The position numbers were made by a program, and so were the translations under genes. Below are positions 1 through 9,600 of a stretch of DNA of 11,736 nucleotides, one piece after another. The notes under the pieces were generated by a model. It was not told where the DNA came from, ran no database searches, and was given only the letters and a program-made list of their open reading frames with translations. Every line of letters starts with the position of its first letter. The first letter of the stretch is position 1. The stretch is from an uncultured archaeon (lineage in GTDB: Archaea > Asgardarchaeota > Lokiarchaeia > Sigyniarchaeales > SOKP01): the NCBI GenBank assembly GCA_964508365.1, contig CAZDTP010000089.1:1-11736 (forward strand). The letters run 5' to 3'.

Positions 1-87
1 TCAGCAATTCCTTTGTTAAATCTTTTTAGCTCTCAACTAAAAAAGAAAAAAAATTGAATTTGTTTTTTAAGAGTTTTTTTTCAGCCA

Positions 88-465
88 TTATTTCCGTTGG
101 ATGTATATGTAAATGAAAACTATCACTTGTACGATCCATATAATTGTGTTCATCCAGACAATTGGATGAGTGGGAAGACCAAAGTGGATATACAACATGG
201 TTGCTATTTCCATTAAAATCCATATAATCTGCGTCAAAACAACCATTTTCACGCATTCCCATTCCTTTTTCCTGTATGCTAGTAAGTTAAGGGAAGCGAA
301 TCCTAGAAGAGAAGCTCCAAAAAGCCGAGGAATTCCCATATCGTCATAAGGCCAATACAACATATCTAAGAATGGTTCTAAAAGAAAAATAAATGTTAAT
401 CCAAAGAATACTTGTAAAACAAAGGAAAAAAGGAACCAATATTTTGTTAATTTCTCGATATCCAT
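88..465 (-). CDS. Small integral membrane protein, about 4 TM helices, function unknown
   Basis: 125-aa ORF with four hydrophobic segments (YWFLFSFVLQVFFGLTFIFLL; IPRLFGASLLGFASLNLLAY; MVVLTQIIWILMEIATMLYIHF; IVWMNTIIWIVQVIVFIYIYI). AGAGGT lies 9 nt upstream of the ATG on the minus strand (475-480). Confidence 0.8.
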   Translation of the reverse strand: MDIEKLTKYWFLFSFVLQVFFGLTFIFLLEPFLDMLYWPYDDMGIPRLFGASLLGFASLNLLAYRKKEWECVKMVVLTQIIWILMEIATMLYIHFGLPTHPIVWMNTIIWIVQVIVFIYIYIQRK

Positions 466-778
466 TATAATTTAACCTCTTTTTAATTAAAATTTCTTAT
501 CTTTCAAAATTCACATATTTTTGGTAAATTTGTAAAGTTTATTCAAATTGAGTTATCTAAATATATGGGACGGCTCATATTTAAATATTGCTGTTACTAT
601 GATGATCACTAGACATTCTGAAGATGAATTAAAACCCATTTCACCAACTTACCTGATAATTTATGTGCCGCCTCACAATAAATGAACTTAAATATTTGAC
701 ACGCTTATTTATAAATAGAAAAAGAGATAATTGATATTTCCATTAATATTTTATAGAATTTTTGAGCTGTAAATTAGG

Positions 779-1582
779 TTGCCTGAAGAAAAATATCGAG
801 GAATAACATCTGATAAATTAAAAGTAGACGATAAAAAGCAATATACAATAAGTTTGCCGAGTGGGGAGGAGATTAAAGTCGTTCTCAATGATAGAGAGAT
901 TTATACAGTAGAAAATTGGTTTCTTTTATTTAGCAAACATAATTTAAGATTCGATATATGGAATATATTACAAATATATGAGGAAGCTAATATAACTCAA
1001 ATTAGCGCCATGGTGAAACAAAGTAAATCGACGGTAGCCAGACATCTCAAGTTGATGGAAAGGGATGGTCTTGTTTTATCAAGAAAAGGTGATACAGCTC
1101 AACAAGGAAAAATACCTCCAAAACTATTTAGAGTAAATCGTAGGTTACTTCAAGTAGTCGAGAATAGCCCCGTAAATAAATCACCCCCCGACGATCCTTC
1201 AGAATTAATTGAATTCTATAAAAAACAAATTCAAAACTATCGAGCAACTATATATAGGTTTAAACTCTTACTTGATTTACTAAATCCGTTATTGGATGAT
1301 TTTGAGAATCACCTCGACGATGTTGATGCCGCTAAAGAAATTTTTAATAAATATTTCAATTTTACCAGATTAGAACCCGGGTTTGCTTATGCCTATTTTA
1401 GCGATAAATATTACGATGAATTGGTTGATGAATTTAATGAATATATGAAAAAATGGGCAGATATATTAGCAAGACAAAATAACGATCCTGAAGTTAAAGG
1501 AAGAATTTATACTCAGGTTATTGCCGATTTGCCTGTAAAAGCTTTATTGGAAATTTACCGACGAAAATTAAAAGAAGAATAA
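779..1582 (+). CDS. ArsR-like winged helix-turn-helix transcriptional regulator with long C-terminal helical domain
   Basis: TTG start. The wHTH signature is LRFDIWNILQIYEEANITQISAMVKQSKSTVARHLKLMERDGLVLSRK, followed by a wing (KIPPKLFRVN). The C-terminal half is acidic and predicted helical. The protein has no Cys. Confidence 0.85.
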   Translation: MPEEKYRGITSDKLKVDDKKQYTISLPSGEEIKVVLNDREIYTVENWFLLFSKHNLRFDIWNILQIYEEANITQISAMVKQSKSTVARHLKLMERDGLVLSRKGDTAQQGKIPPKLFRVNRRLLQVVENSPVNKSPPDDPSELIEFYKKQIQNYRATIYRFKLLLDLLNPLLDDFENHLDDVDAAKEIFNKYFNFTRLEPGFAYAYFSDKYYDELVDEFNEYMKKWADILARQNNDPEVKGRIYTQVIADLPVKALLEIYRRKLKEE

Positions 1583-1651
1583 GTTCTACTTTTGTAAATT
1601 ATTTTTATTAAATCAAAAAAAGCATATTTAGCAAAGAAAATTACTCTTTTT

Positions 1652-2284
1652 ATGGAATATTGGGAAAAGCGATTCTTAGATGGAGGTAAAATTTGGGGAG
1701 ACAAACCTAGTAAGACCGCATATTACGCTCTTGAACTTTTCCAAAAACATAATCTCGACAAAATTTTAGTTCCAGGTGCTGGTTATGGTCGAAATACGAA
1801 ATTGTTTACAGATGCTAATTTAAAAGTCGGAGGAATTGAATTTTCTGAATCCGCTATTAATATTGCGAAAAATTTCAATCCAAAAACTCAATTTTTTCAA
1901 GGATCAGTATTAGATATGCCTTTTAATGACGAAAAATACGATGGGATCTATTGTTCTAATGTATTACATTTATTTCTAAAAGACGATCGAATTTCATTCT
2001 TGAAGAAATGTTATAAGCAATTGAGGATTAACGGTTATGTCTTTTTTGTAGTATTTTCCGATAAGGAGAGAAGTTTTGGAAAGGGAAAACGAATTGAAGA
2101 AAATACTTACGAAAGTAAGCCCTGGAGGCCAACTCATTATTTCACAGAACTTGATTTAAAAGAGCATTTTAAAGAATATTCAGTAATAGAGACGGGATTA
2201 ATAGAAGATACAGAGAATCATGGAGAATTAGGGCCACATACACATATCCTAAGATATATCTTTGCAAAAAAAGAAGAAAAATAA
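1652..2284 (+). CDS. Class I SAM-dependent methyltransferase
   Basis: Motif I ILVPGAGYGRN, acidic post-I residue (GIEFS), GSVLDMPF and YDGIYCSNVLHLF segments are typical of class I Rossmann-fold methyltransferases. The substrate cannot be determined from sequence. Confidence 0.92.
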   Translation: MEYWEKRFLDGGKIWGDKPSKTAYYALELFQKHNLDKILVPGAGYGRNTKLFTDANLKVGGIEFSESAINIAKNFNPKTQFFQGSVLDMPFNDEKYDGIYCSNVLHLFLKDDRISFLKKCYKQLRINGYVFFVVFSDKERSFGKGKRIEENTYESKPWRPTHYFTELDLKEHFKEYSVIETGLIEDTENHGELGPHTHILRYIFAKKEEK

Positions 2285-2289
2285 AAATG

Positions 2290-3144
2290 TTAGATGGTTT
2301 TACCCATTTTCTTTCGAGCTTTTTTAAGATCACTATCGGAGAATTTATGTACGAGCTTGGGAAATAATCTCATTATTCTCCAATATAATTTGGATGATCC
2401 TGCATGAATATATAGCTTCTCTTTCAATACGCCTTTGATAATAATTTCAGCTACTTCATCGGGTTGCATAAGTCCTCCTCTTTCAGCAATGATATTTAAC
2501 TCCTCCGGTCTACTTTTCGCTTCTTCATGGAGTCCAAAAGTATCAGTATCTGGAGGGTAGACTATAGAAACTTTAATATTATACGCCTTGTATTCATTTC
2601 TCAGGACCTCGCTTAGCCCAACGATCGCAAATTTAGTGGGGGTATACGCAGCATAACCCATTACACCAATGTATCCTGCAATAGAAGACATATTAACAAA
2701 ATGCCCTTTTTTTCGTTCCATATAATACGGCAATAATGTTAAAATTGAATTCAATTGACCAAAAAAATTGGTATCCATATGAAATTTAAAATCCTCGATA
2801 GTCAATTTATCTGTATAATTTGGATAGGATATCCCTACAAAATTAAATGAATAATCTGGAACACCAAACTCTTCAATGTAATCTTTAAATAACCGTTGAA
2901 CTTGTTCCATATTAGACATATCGCAAGAAATTACTTCCACTAGTTGATTTTCGTCTACTTTCAAGCTTTTAATCTCTTCAGCGGCAGCGTTTAATGTATC
3001 TAAAGTTCTTGCTACTATACACACATTCCCGCCTAATTGTACGAAAAATTTTGCTGTAGCTTTCCCAATCCCTTTTGAACCACCACTAATTATTGCCCAT
3101 TTTCCTTTGAACGGTTGTTTTTTTATTAATTTCTCTTTAGACAT
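2290..3144 (-). CDS. Short-chain dehydrogenase/reductase, KDSR (3-ketodihydrosphingosine reductase)-like subfamily
   Basis: Gly motif SGGSKGIG, basic residue after beta2 (VAR, NADP(H) preference), catalytic Ser (MSS) and YTPTK. The motif VYPPDTDTFG matches my recollection of the KDSR/TSC10 YPPDTDTPG signature. AGGATGA lies 6 nt upstream (3151-3157). Confidence 0.9.
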   Translation of the reverse strand: MSKEKLIKKQPFKGKWAIISGGSKGIGKATAKFFVQLGGNVCIVARTLDTLNAAAEEIKSLKVDENQLVEVISCDMSNMEQVQRLFKDYIEEFGVPDYSFNFVGISYPNYTDKLTIEDFKFHMDTNFFGQLNSILTLLPYYMERKKGHFVNMSSIAGYIGVMGYAAYTPTKFAIVGLSEVLRNEYKAYNIKVSIVYPPDTDTFGLHEEAKSRPEELNIIAERGGLMQPDEVAEIIIKGVLKEKLYIHAGSSKLYWRIMRLFPKLVHKFSDSDLKKARKKMGKTI

Positions 3145-3168
3145 TAGATTTCATCCTTGATTATAATT

Positions 3169-3564
3169 TTAGAAGTTTACATATCCGTAAATTAGGCTTA
3201 ATATGCCCATAATCAATACAATAGAAACAATCGATATACTCATGTAAGCGTCCATATTCTTTGTTTTGAATAGACCGTTTTGGAGATTAAAGGCTAGATC
3301 GATTAAACCTAAAAACATTAAACCTCCACCAGCAACGATAGTAAAAAATATCCCGAATCGTTCCCCTATTAGAAGTCCCGTTGCGGCAACAAGCAGACAT
3401 ACAGTAATTAACCCTAAATCTGGAAGGGGAAAAGACCTCTCGTGTTTTAAATACCATTCTTCTTTTTCTGGATTTCTGTTTTCAACCTTGAAAAAGAATA
3501 TCCAGAAACCTACTATTCCAGCCGCTAAAATTATTTGAACTATTGCTAATATAATTTCAATCAT
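3169..3564 (-). CDS. Small integral membrane protein, about 4 TM helices, function unknown
   Basis: 131 aa with four hydrophobic segments and a polar loop (KHERSFPLPD). AGGTGA lies 10 nt upstream (3575-3580). It ends 24 nt before the KDSR-like start, so co-transcription is likely. Confidence 0.85.
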   Translation of the reverse strand: MIEIILAIVQIILAAGIVGFWIFFFKVENRNPEKEEWYLKHERSFPLPDLGLITVCLLVAATGLLIGERFGIFFTIVAGGGLMFLGLIDLAFNLQNGLFKTKNMDAYMSISIVSIVLIMGILSLIYGYVNF

Positions 3565-3627
3565 TTTATTTTTCTCACCTTGTTAAGATTAATTTTAATC
3601 TATTGTTAAATATCGATTACCCTTATT

Positions 3628-3642
3628 ATTTAAACTTTTAAT
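3628..3642 (-). promoter_or_regulatory. Archaeal BRE + TATA box upstream of the 3564 gene
   Basis: The minus strand reads ATTAAAAG-TTTAAAT(A): a purine-rich BRE directly followed by a TATA box, 64 nt upstream of the ATG. The same 15-mer occurs at 4542-4556. Confidence 0.7.
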
Positions 3643-3672
3643 ATTACAAAAAAAATTGATTTGAAAAAACAA
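3643..3672 (-). terminator. Oligo-T terminator-like tract after the SDR gene
   Basis: The minus strand directly after the stop codon reads TTGTTTTTTCAAATCAATTTTTTTTTG. Oligo-U runs are the usual archaeal termination signal. Confidence 0.45.
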
Positions 3673-4488
3673 TTAATATTGCCATTCTTTAAAAGGATGT
3701 GCTGGTACTCCTACTTCAGCTATACCACCGTCTATAGGAAATATATGTCCTGTAATAAAATCACTTCTAGGAGACGCTAGAAAAATCATTAAATTTACGA
3801 CATCCTCAATCGTTCCAATTCTATTAAGAGGTGTTTTTACATCAGACATCTTTAAAGATTGTATTACAGTATCTTCGCTATTTCCGTAAATTCCAGTAAC
3901 GTGATAACCGGGAGCAATTGCGTTTGAAGTGATGAATGGTGCGAGAGTTTTTGCCATGAGCCGAGTTAAAGCAATAACTCCTGCCTTACTAATACTATAG
4001 GCCGAAAGCGTATCGTCAACGGCCATTCCTGCTATAGAGGTAGTGTGAATTACTTTACCTCTTAGGGGTTCCATTTTTTGCCTGTTCATCTTTCGACAAA
4101 CAGTCTTATCGACCAACCATTGCCCTTTAAGGTTTACGTTCAAGGTCGTGTCCCATGCTTTTTCGCTGATTTTCATAATGTCACTTCCCGCTTGAGCTGC
4201 GGTTCCAGCGTTATTAAATAATATGTAAACATTTTCGAGTTCATTAAATGTTTGTTCTGTCATACTTTTTACTTGCTTTGAATCTGAAACATCGCAAACT
4301 ATTGGAATAATTTTACATTTTGTTTCTTGCTCAATTTTCTTACTAGTTTCTCCTAATAATTCTTCGTTTATGTCAACTAAAACTAAATCTGCGCCTCTTT
4401 TCGCAAATTCATTAGCGACACCTCTTCCAAAACCGCTCGCGCCTCCGGTAATTAAAACTCCCTTCCCTTCTAAAAATTTTTCATTCAT
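3673..4488 (-). CDS. Classical short-chain dehydrogenase/reductase (FabG-like fold, probably NAD(H)-preferring)
   Basis: TGGASGFG, Asp after beta2 (VDIN), NNAG, catalytic Ser (TTS), YSISK, IAPG and C-terminal TPLNRIG...FLAS...FITG..FPIDGG. AGGATGA lies 6 nt upstream (4495-4501). Confidence 0.95.
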   Translation of the reverse strand: MNEKFLEGKGVLITGGASGFGRGVANEFAKRGADLVLVDINEELLGETSKKIEQETKCKIIPIVCDVSDSKQVKSMTEQTFNELENVYILFNNAGTAAQAGSDIMKISEKAWDTTLNVNLKGQWLVDKTVCRKMNRQKMEPLRGKVIHTTSIAGMAVDDTLSAYSISKAGVIALTRLMAKTLAPFITSNAIAPGYHVTGIYGNSEDTVIQSLKMSDVKTPLNRIGTIEDVVNLMIFLASPRSDFITGHIFPIDGGIAEVGVPAHPFKEWQY

Positions 4489-4541
4489 ATTTTTTCATCC
4501 TTTATTCTAAATATCTTATATGTTTTATTTGTTGTTTAATC

Positions 4542-4556
4542 ATTTAAACTTTTAAT
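4542..4556 (-). promoter_or_regulatory. Archaeal BRE + TATA box upstream of the 4488 SDR gene
   Basis: The minus strand reads ATTAAAAGTTTAAAT, 54 nt upstream of the ATG, and is identical to 3628-3642. Confidence 0.7.
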
Positions 4557-4580
4557 TCTAGTAATATTAATCAAAAGAAG

Positions 4581-4633
4581 AGGAAAATAAAAATAAAAAT
4601 AAATTATTCATAGAGAGTGCCTTACTCCCTATA
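4581..4633 (-). terminator. Hairpin plus U-rich tract downstream of the sialidase gene
   Basis: The minus strand has TATAGGGAGT-AAGGC-ACTCTCTATG, a 10-bp stem with two G-U pairs that form only on this strand (4609-4633). It is followed by AATAATTTATTTTTATTTTTATTTTCC. Confidence 0.55.
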
Positions 4634-4651
4634 ATTAATTCATTTCTCTAT

Positions 4652-6271
4652 TTATACCGGAACGAGTGCATCCTGTCCATTTGTAAGCCAATCTAGATCA
4701 ATTTTTATTAGAGTAAGTGATTCTCGATAGTCATACTTACCCGTTTCAAATAATATAACGATAGTATAATCGGATAATATTGTAATTGAGGAATATGCTG
4801 ATGGACCTTCATATACCTGCTTTGAAACATTCCATGTCAACCCCTCATCATAGCTCATCCGGATAGTTAAGTGTCCGCGGGAAAAGAAGTTGGGATTAGA
4901 AAATAAAACACGAGATCGCGTGTGAGTAGATGTATTTGTAAAACGGTGTATTGAAGCCTGGGTGCCAGCAGCGGTAAGATCTTCTTCATAATACCAAGAA
5001 TTCCACGTATCACCCCCATTATTACTCCATGCCATTATTCTATTTCCTCCTCTCTCGGATCGACAATTTATGACTAATGAACCATTCGAGCTTTCAAACA
5101 CCTGTGGTTCCTCACCATTGCCGACATATCCGCCTTTAATCCATGTAAAACCATTGTCGTCACTATAAATAACACAAGCTTCTCCTATTTTGCTAGGAAT
5201 AATTAATCGACCGTTCGACATCTGAATCCCATTACCTGGTCCTGTTGCACAATATAATCCTCCGGCGGCTATTTCTTCGGTTAATTCTCTAGGTTCTGAC
5301 CAAGTAACACCCAAATCAGTACTGTTCATGATAAATACAGTATTATAGTCAACACAGAATGGCAACCATAAGGTTTGCGTATCGTTGTCGAATAGCGGAC
5401 AAGGATTATGAACTGTATGTTCTCCTCTATCTTGTAGAACTTGAATTGCACCCCAAGTTACTCCTCCATCTGTGCTTCGTTTCATTACAATATCTATATC
5501 TCCTAAATCAGACATTGCTTCAAAACGAGATTCACAAAAAGCAAGCATAACATCACCAGGCAAATTGATTAATGCAGGAATTCGATATCCTCGACCGGGT
5601 TGTTCTCCAGTAACAAATAATTGTTGTCTTTGTACGCCATCAGTCCATTGTGGATTCCAAAAAGCTAATGTTACACCAAAAACACCAAAAACGATTAGAA
5701 ACGCAATACCAGCAGCAGTTACACCACGTATTAATCTTACATCCCTTTTGTACCAGAATTTTTCCAAGAAAAATTTAAAACTGCTTACAATAAATAACCC
5801 AGCATATCCAAAAAACGGGATGGCAAGTACAAATATTAAAACTTCTGGTAGAGAACCAGCTGTTCCGAAGTAAAGGAACCGAAAAATGAAAATCAGTAAA
5901 ATTCCGACAAAAATATTCCAAATTGACCAAAATAACAGCCAAACTAATCTGAGTTTTTTACTTGATATATTCTCTAGCAATAATCCCCGCAATCGTCCTG
6001 ATTTTCTGCTAAGAACGGTCATGACAAAACTCCATATTGACCCTCCAATAAGCAAAATTCCAAATACGGGCAACACCCAATCTACCACATCTACAATTAA
6101 GAATTCACCTCCAAATAAAAGGAGTAAAAGCACCGCAACCATACCTATCAAAACCGAAAAGAATATCTGCAAAATTCCAACATAAAGGTGCCATTTAGGA
6201 GGTTTGGTTAAATAAGACTCCCCCTTTTTTTGTTCTGTATTATTTAAATCTTTTTCTTTAATCATAATCAT
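4652..6271 (-). CDS. Membrane-anchored sialidase/neuraminidase (GH33) with an N-terminal 5-TM domain
   Basis: YRIP motif, five Asp-boxes (STDGGVTW, STDLGVTW, SDDNGFTW, SNNGGDTW, SYDEGLTW), candidate Arg triad (YRIP, NCRS, SRGHL), Glu (GEEPQ), Tyr nucleophile (SAYSS) and acid/base Asp (MSDLG). The start is more plausibly ATG 6271 (or 6265) than the TTG at 6373, because the extra 34 codons look like AT-rich intergenic sequence. Confidence 0.92.
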   Translation of the reverse strand: MIMIKEKDLNNTEQKKGESYLTKPPKWHLYVGILQIFFSVLIGMVAVLLLLLFGGEFLIVDVVDWVLPVFGILLIGGSIWSFVMTVLSRKSGRLRGLLLENISSKKLRLVWLLFWSIWNIFVGILLIFIFRFLYFGTAGSLPEVLIFVLAIPFFGYAGLFIVSSFKFFLEKFWYKRDVRLIRGVTAAGIAFLIVFGVFGVTLAFWNPQWTDGVQRQQLFVTGEQPGRGYRIPALINLPGDVMLAFCESRFEAMSDLGDIDIVMKRSTDGGVTWGAIQVLQDRGEHTVHNPCPLFDNDTQTLWLPFCVDYNTVFIMNSTDLGVTWSEPRELTEEIAAGGLYCATGPGNGIQMSNGRLIIPSKIGEACVIYSDDNGFTWIKGGYVGNGEEPQVFESSNGSLVINCRSERGGNRIMAWSNNGGDTWNSWYYEEDLTAAGTQASIHRFTNTSTHTRSRVLFSNPNFFSRGHLTIRMSYDEGLTWNVSKQVYEGPSAYSSITILSDYTIVILFETGKYDYRESLTLIKIDLDWLTNGQDALVPV

Positions 6272-6640
6272 ATCAATGAGATTATCCTTTAAAAAGGTTA
6301 AATTAAGATAGATATTTTTTAATTCTAAGTACATTAACCAAAAGAAAATGAACCCAGGCAGGGTAGTCCTCAAACTTCTATATTTTATACGCTTGAATCA
6401 TTCACTTTTTATTTTTCTAATTATTTCTGTAAATGAGTATCAATAGCGTAGAGTATTTCTTGCATTTTAGGTCTATGTATGAAAAACGAAAGAATTCATA
6501 AACATATAATCAATCCTGCTCTTAAGTGTTTAATTACCTAAAATGATTTTAATGGAACCAAGGAAATTACAACCATACTTTTAAATATTAAATTAACATA
6601 TTAGTAAATCGCTAATATCAAAAAAATTTTTCAGCTTCAT

Positions 6641-6647
6641 AGGGTGA
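6641..6647 (+). promoter_or_regulatory. Shine-Dalgarno-like motif for the giant ORF
   Basis: AGGGTGA lies 6 nt before TTG 6654 and contains the archaeal GGTGA core. An in-frame TAA directly precedes the TTG, so the ORF cannot extend upstream. A candidate TATA box, TTTAAATA, is at about 6580-6587. Confidence 0.6.
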
Positions 6648-6653
6648 AAATAA

Positions 6654-9600
6654 TTGAAGAAAACTAAAAAAATGTTAATTGTCTTAGGGATTTTCATAAT
6701 GTTAAATTTAACTGTATTTATACCAAATAACTTACTTAATAATTATGATTTTCAAGATAAACCAACTCCAATTCATAGTAATGGAAATCAAATTCTTTTA
6801 CATACCCCCGAAAATATAACATACACTAGCCCAATGAGTGGATATTACCCTGCGACTTTTGGGTTTGAAGATGTTCCTGACGATTCTTTACCATCTTACT
6901 GTTATTATGACGCATGGGGCACATCTCCCGATTGGACTAATTCTTACACAAAAGTTATTGATGAAAAAACCGATAGTGCTGGAAATAAGCACAATAAAGT
7001 CTTAGTTCTAAATGATCTTTCAACTAGTAGTGCTTGCGGAAGTAATCTTAATTTTACTGAATATGGTTCTGAAATCGCAAGAGATAGTACAATAGAATTT
7101 TATTTCTGTATTAGAACTACTGGTTCAATACATTATGTAAGTCGTTTAAGTTTGTCTGGGAATTATGGTCCACTATTTACATTAAACTTTGATTCATGGA
7201 GTAGCTTAAATGATCCAGAAATACTATTCGTAAATAGTTCTGGGCAATATTCTACAGGATTTTATCAAGAATGGGAAAAATGGTATAGATATTCCGTTGA
7301 TTTATCTTGCGATGGAGGATATGCAGGATTAGGAGCAAATCAATTTAGATTTCGAATTTATAATGATACTGGTACTATGATTTATACTTCATACGCTATG
7401 GATTTTCAAATCGATCATCTAACAGGTGGACCAAATAGATTTACAATGATATCAACAGAATCTCAAACTCAACTTTATGAATATTTAGATGCGTTTAGTA
7501 TAACTGGGCTAGAAGATAGCTATGAAATTGGAGATAACTTAGAGGAAGGTTTATTACTTGGTTATGAGAATAATACTTCTTTTGATTGGCAAGGGTATTC
7601 CTTAGATGGTCAACCGAATAAAACAATTTTAGGGAATACTACTATTCCATTTCCGGATATAGGACTGCATACGATTCAAGTGTTCGCGAATGACTCGTTA
7701 GGACTGAACTACTGTTCGGACATAAGATATTTTACTGTTAGAAGCGTAATTCATATCATAACTCCAGAAAACAAAACATATACCGAACCAATGAGTGGGT
7801 ATTACCCCGCAACATTTGGATTTGAAGAGACAATTACTGGTACTTTACCCTCTTATTGTGATTATGCTCCGGGGGGTTCAAGTCCTGATGGTCCTGGCTC
7901 TTATGCGAAAGTTATTGATGGTTGGACCGATGGAGCGGGTAACACACACAAGAAAGTGTTAAAAATGTATGATAGGACTAGTAGTGGTACAACGCATGCA
8001 TCGCTTGACTTCACAGAGGATGGTTCCGAAATATTCCGAAATAGCACGATTGAATTCTGGGCGTGTAACACTCTTACAGGGAACTACTATCATAGTTATT
8101 TCGAAATCTGGGGTGATTTAGGAAATATGGTATCATTTGAATGGGATTCAGGTGGTACTACAAATGATCCAGAAGTAAGAATTACTCCTGCTACTGGAGA
8201 GTTTGGTACAGGTGTATATCACGAATGGAATCGATGGTATCGCTATTCCATTGATATTTCTTGTGACGGAGGTTATGCGGGATTAGGTGCCAATCAGTTT
8301 AGATTTCGAATCTATAATGAAACTGGAGATCTTATTTATTCCTCAGCAGACTTGGATTTACTAACTGCGCATCCTACAGGTGGTCCATATAGATATCACG
8401 TGTTATCAACAGAAACTCAATCTGATGTTTCTCACTACCTGGATGGTTTTGGTGTTACTGGATTGCAAGACAATTACATTACTGGGGATAATATTGAAGA
8501 AGGATTATTACTCAGTTTCGAAAATTCAACAGCTCTTGATTGGATGGGATATTCTCTGGATGGTCAAGAAATCAAAACGATTTTAGGAAATACAACATTT
8601 TCGTTCCCTGAAGATGGGAAGCATTCTATTCGTGTATTTGGAAACGACTCATTAGGAACTGAATATCAATCTGCTACACGCCATTTTTCAACTCATCATA
8701 TCTCGGTAGTAACTCCAGAAAACAAAACATACATTGGACCAATGAGTGGATATTATCCCGCTACTTATGGGTTTGAAAATGATGAAGACGGTACTTTTCC
8801 AAATGAATGGGTAGAAAGTGGACAAGGTGCCTATCAGGGAAAAACTAATGTTATTAATGCTAAGGATGGACATAATAAAGTTATACACATGGATGATGAT
8901 GGTACAACTGTACGAACGACGGCAGGTCAAATTTTCAATGAAGAACAATCAAGCGGGACTATTGAATTATGGACATATTTTACAAGTTATCCCTCTTCGT
9001 CTACAGACATTAGAATAGAAAATAGTTCAGGGAACCTTTTAACAGTCATTGGTGCTTGGGAGAACACTTGGAAATATAGAAACGGAACTACTGAGATTAC
9101 TGTTCCGTTAAGTTCCATAAATGAATGGTTTCACATAAGAATTGATTTTTGTTGCGTTGGAAACTATAATGGTTTGACTTCCCAAACTTATAATTTTACA
9201 ATCCGTAGATCAAATGGTTCTATTTATTACGAATCTCCAACAGCCTATTTTTTAAATTATGGTTTAGGCAATGCTGCTCGATTATCAATAACATCTTGGC
9301 AACTTGTTGTTAGAGAAACATGGATTGATGCCGTTGGATATTCGTGGGATCCTAATTATAACATTGGAGATAATCTAAAGGAAGGCTTATTACTGAGTTA
9401 TGAAAATAGTACTGCTCTTGATTGGCAAGGGTATTCTTTAGACGGTCAACCTGTAGCTACTATTTTTGGGAATACAACGATTAGATTACCAGAGGATGGA
9501 TCTCACATGATTAAGGTATTTGGAAATGATACATTTGGAGTTAATTATGAATCAAATATACGCCAATTTTCTGTTCACCATATTTCTATAGTAACTCCAG

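Noticed and set aside
26-262. 78-aa minus-strand ORF
   Set aside because: It overlaps the better-supported membrane protein gene (88-465) in another frame, has no recognisable motif, and its end runs through a low-complexity A/T tract.
3266-3538. 90-aa plus-strand ORF
   Set aside because: Antisense shadow of the 3169-3564 membrane protein gene, with no motif or ribosome-binding site.
5359-6185. Three plus-strand ORFs (5359-5550, 5472-5873, 5886-6185)
   Set aside because: They are antisense to the well-supported sialidase. Their Lys/Ile/Asn/Thr-rich composition is what the reverse complement of hydrophobic codons gives.
2290-6271. Single sialic-acid catabolic operon (sialidase plus SDRs)
   Set aside because: No nanA/nanK/nanE or transporter genes are present, and internal terminators and promoters separate the genes.
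6272-6373. 34-codon N-terminal extension of the sialidase from TTG 6373
   Set aside because: It is AT-rich, looks intergenic, and has no clear ribosome-binding motif. ATG 6271 or 6265 gives a more typical hydrophilic N-terminus. Not fully excluded.
558-6588. Recurrent TAAATAT in several intergenic regions as a shared operator
   Set aside because: It is a short all-A/T word that overlaps the TATA consensus, and its spacing to start codons and promoters is inconsistent.
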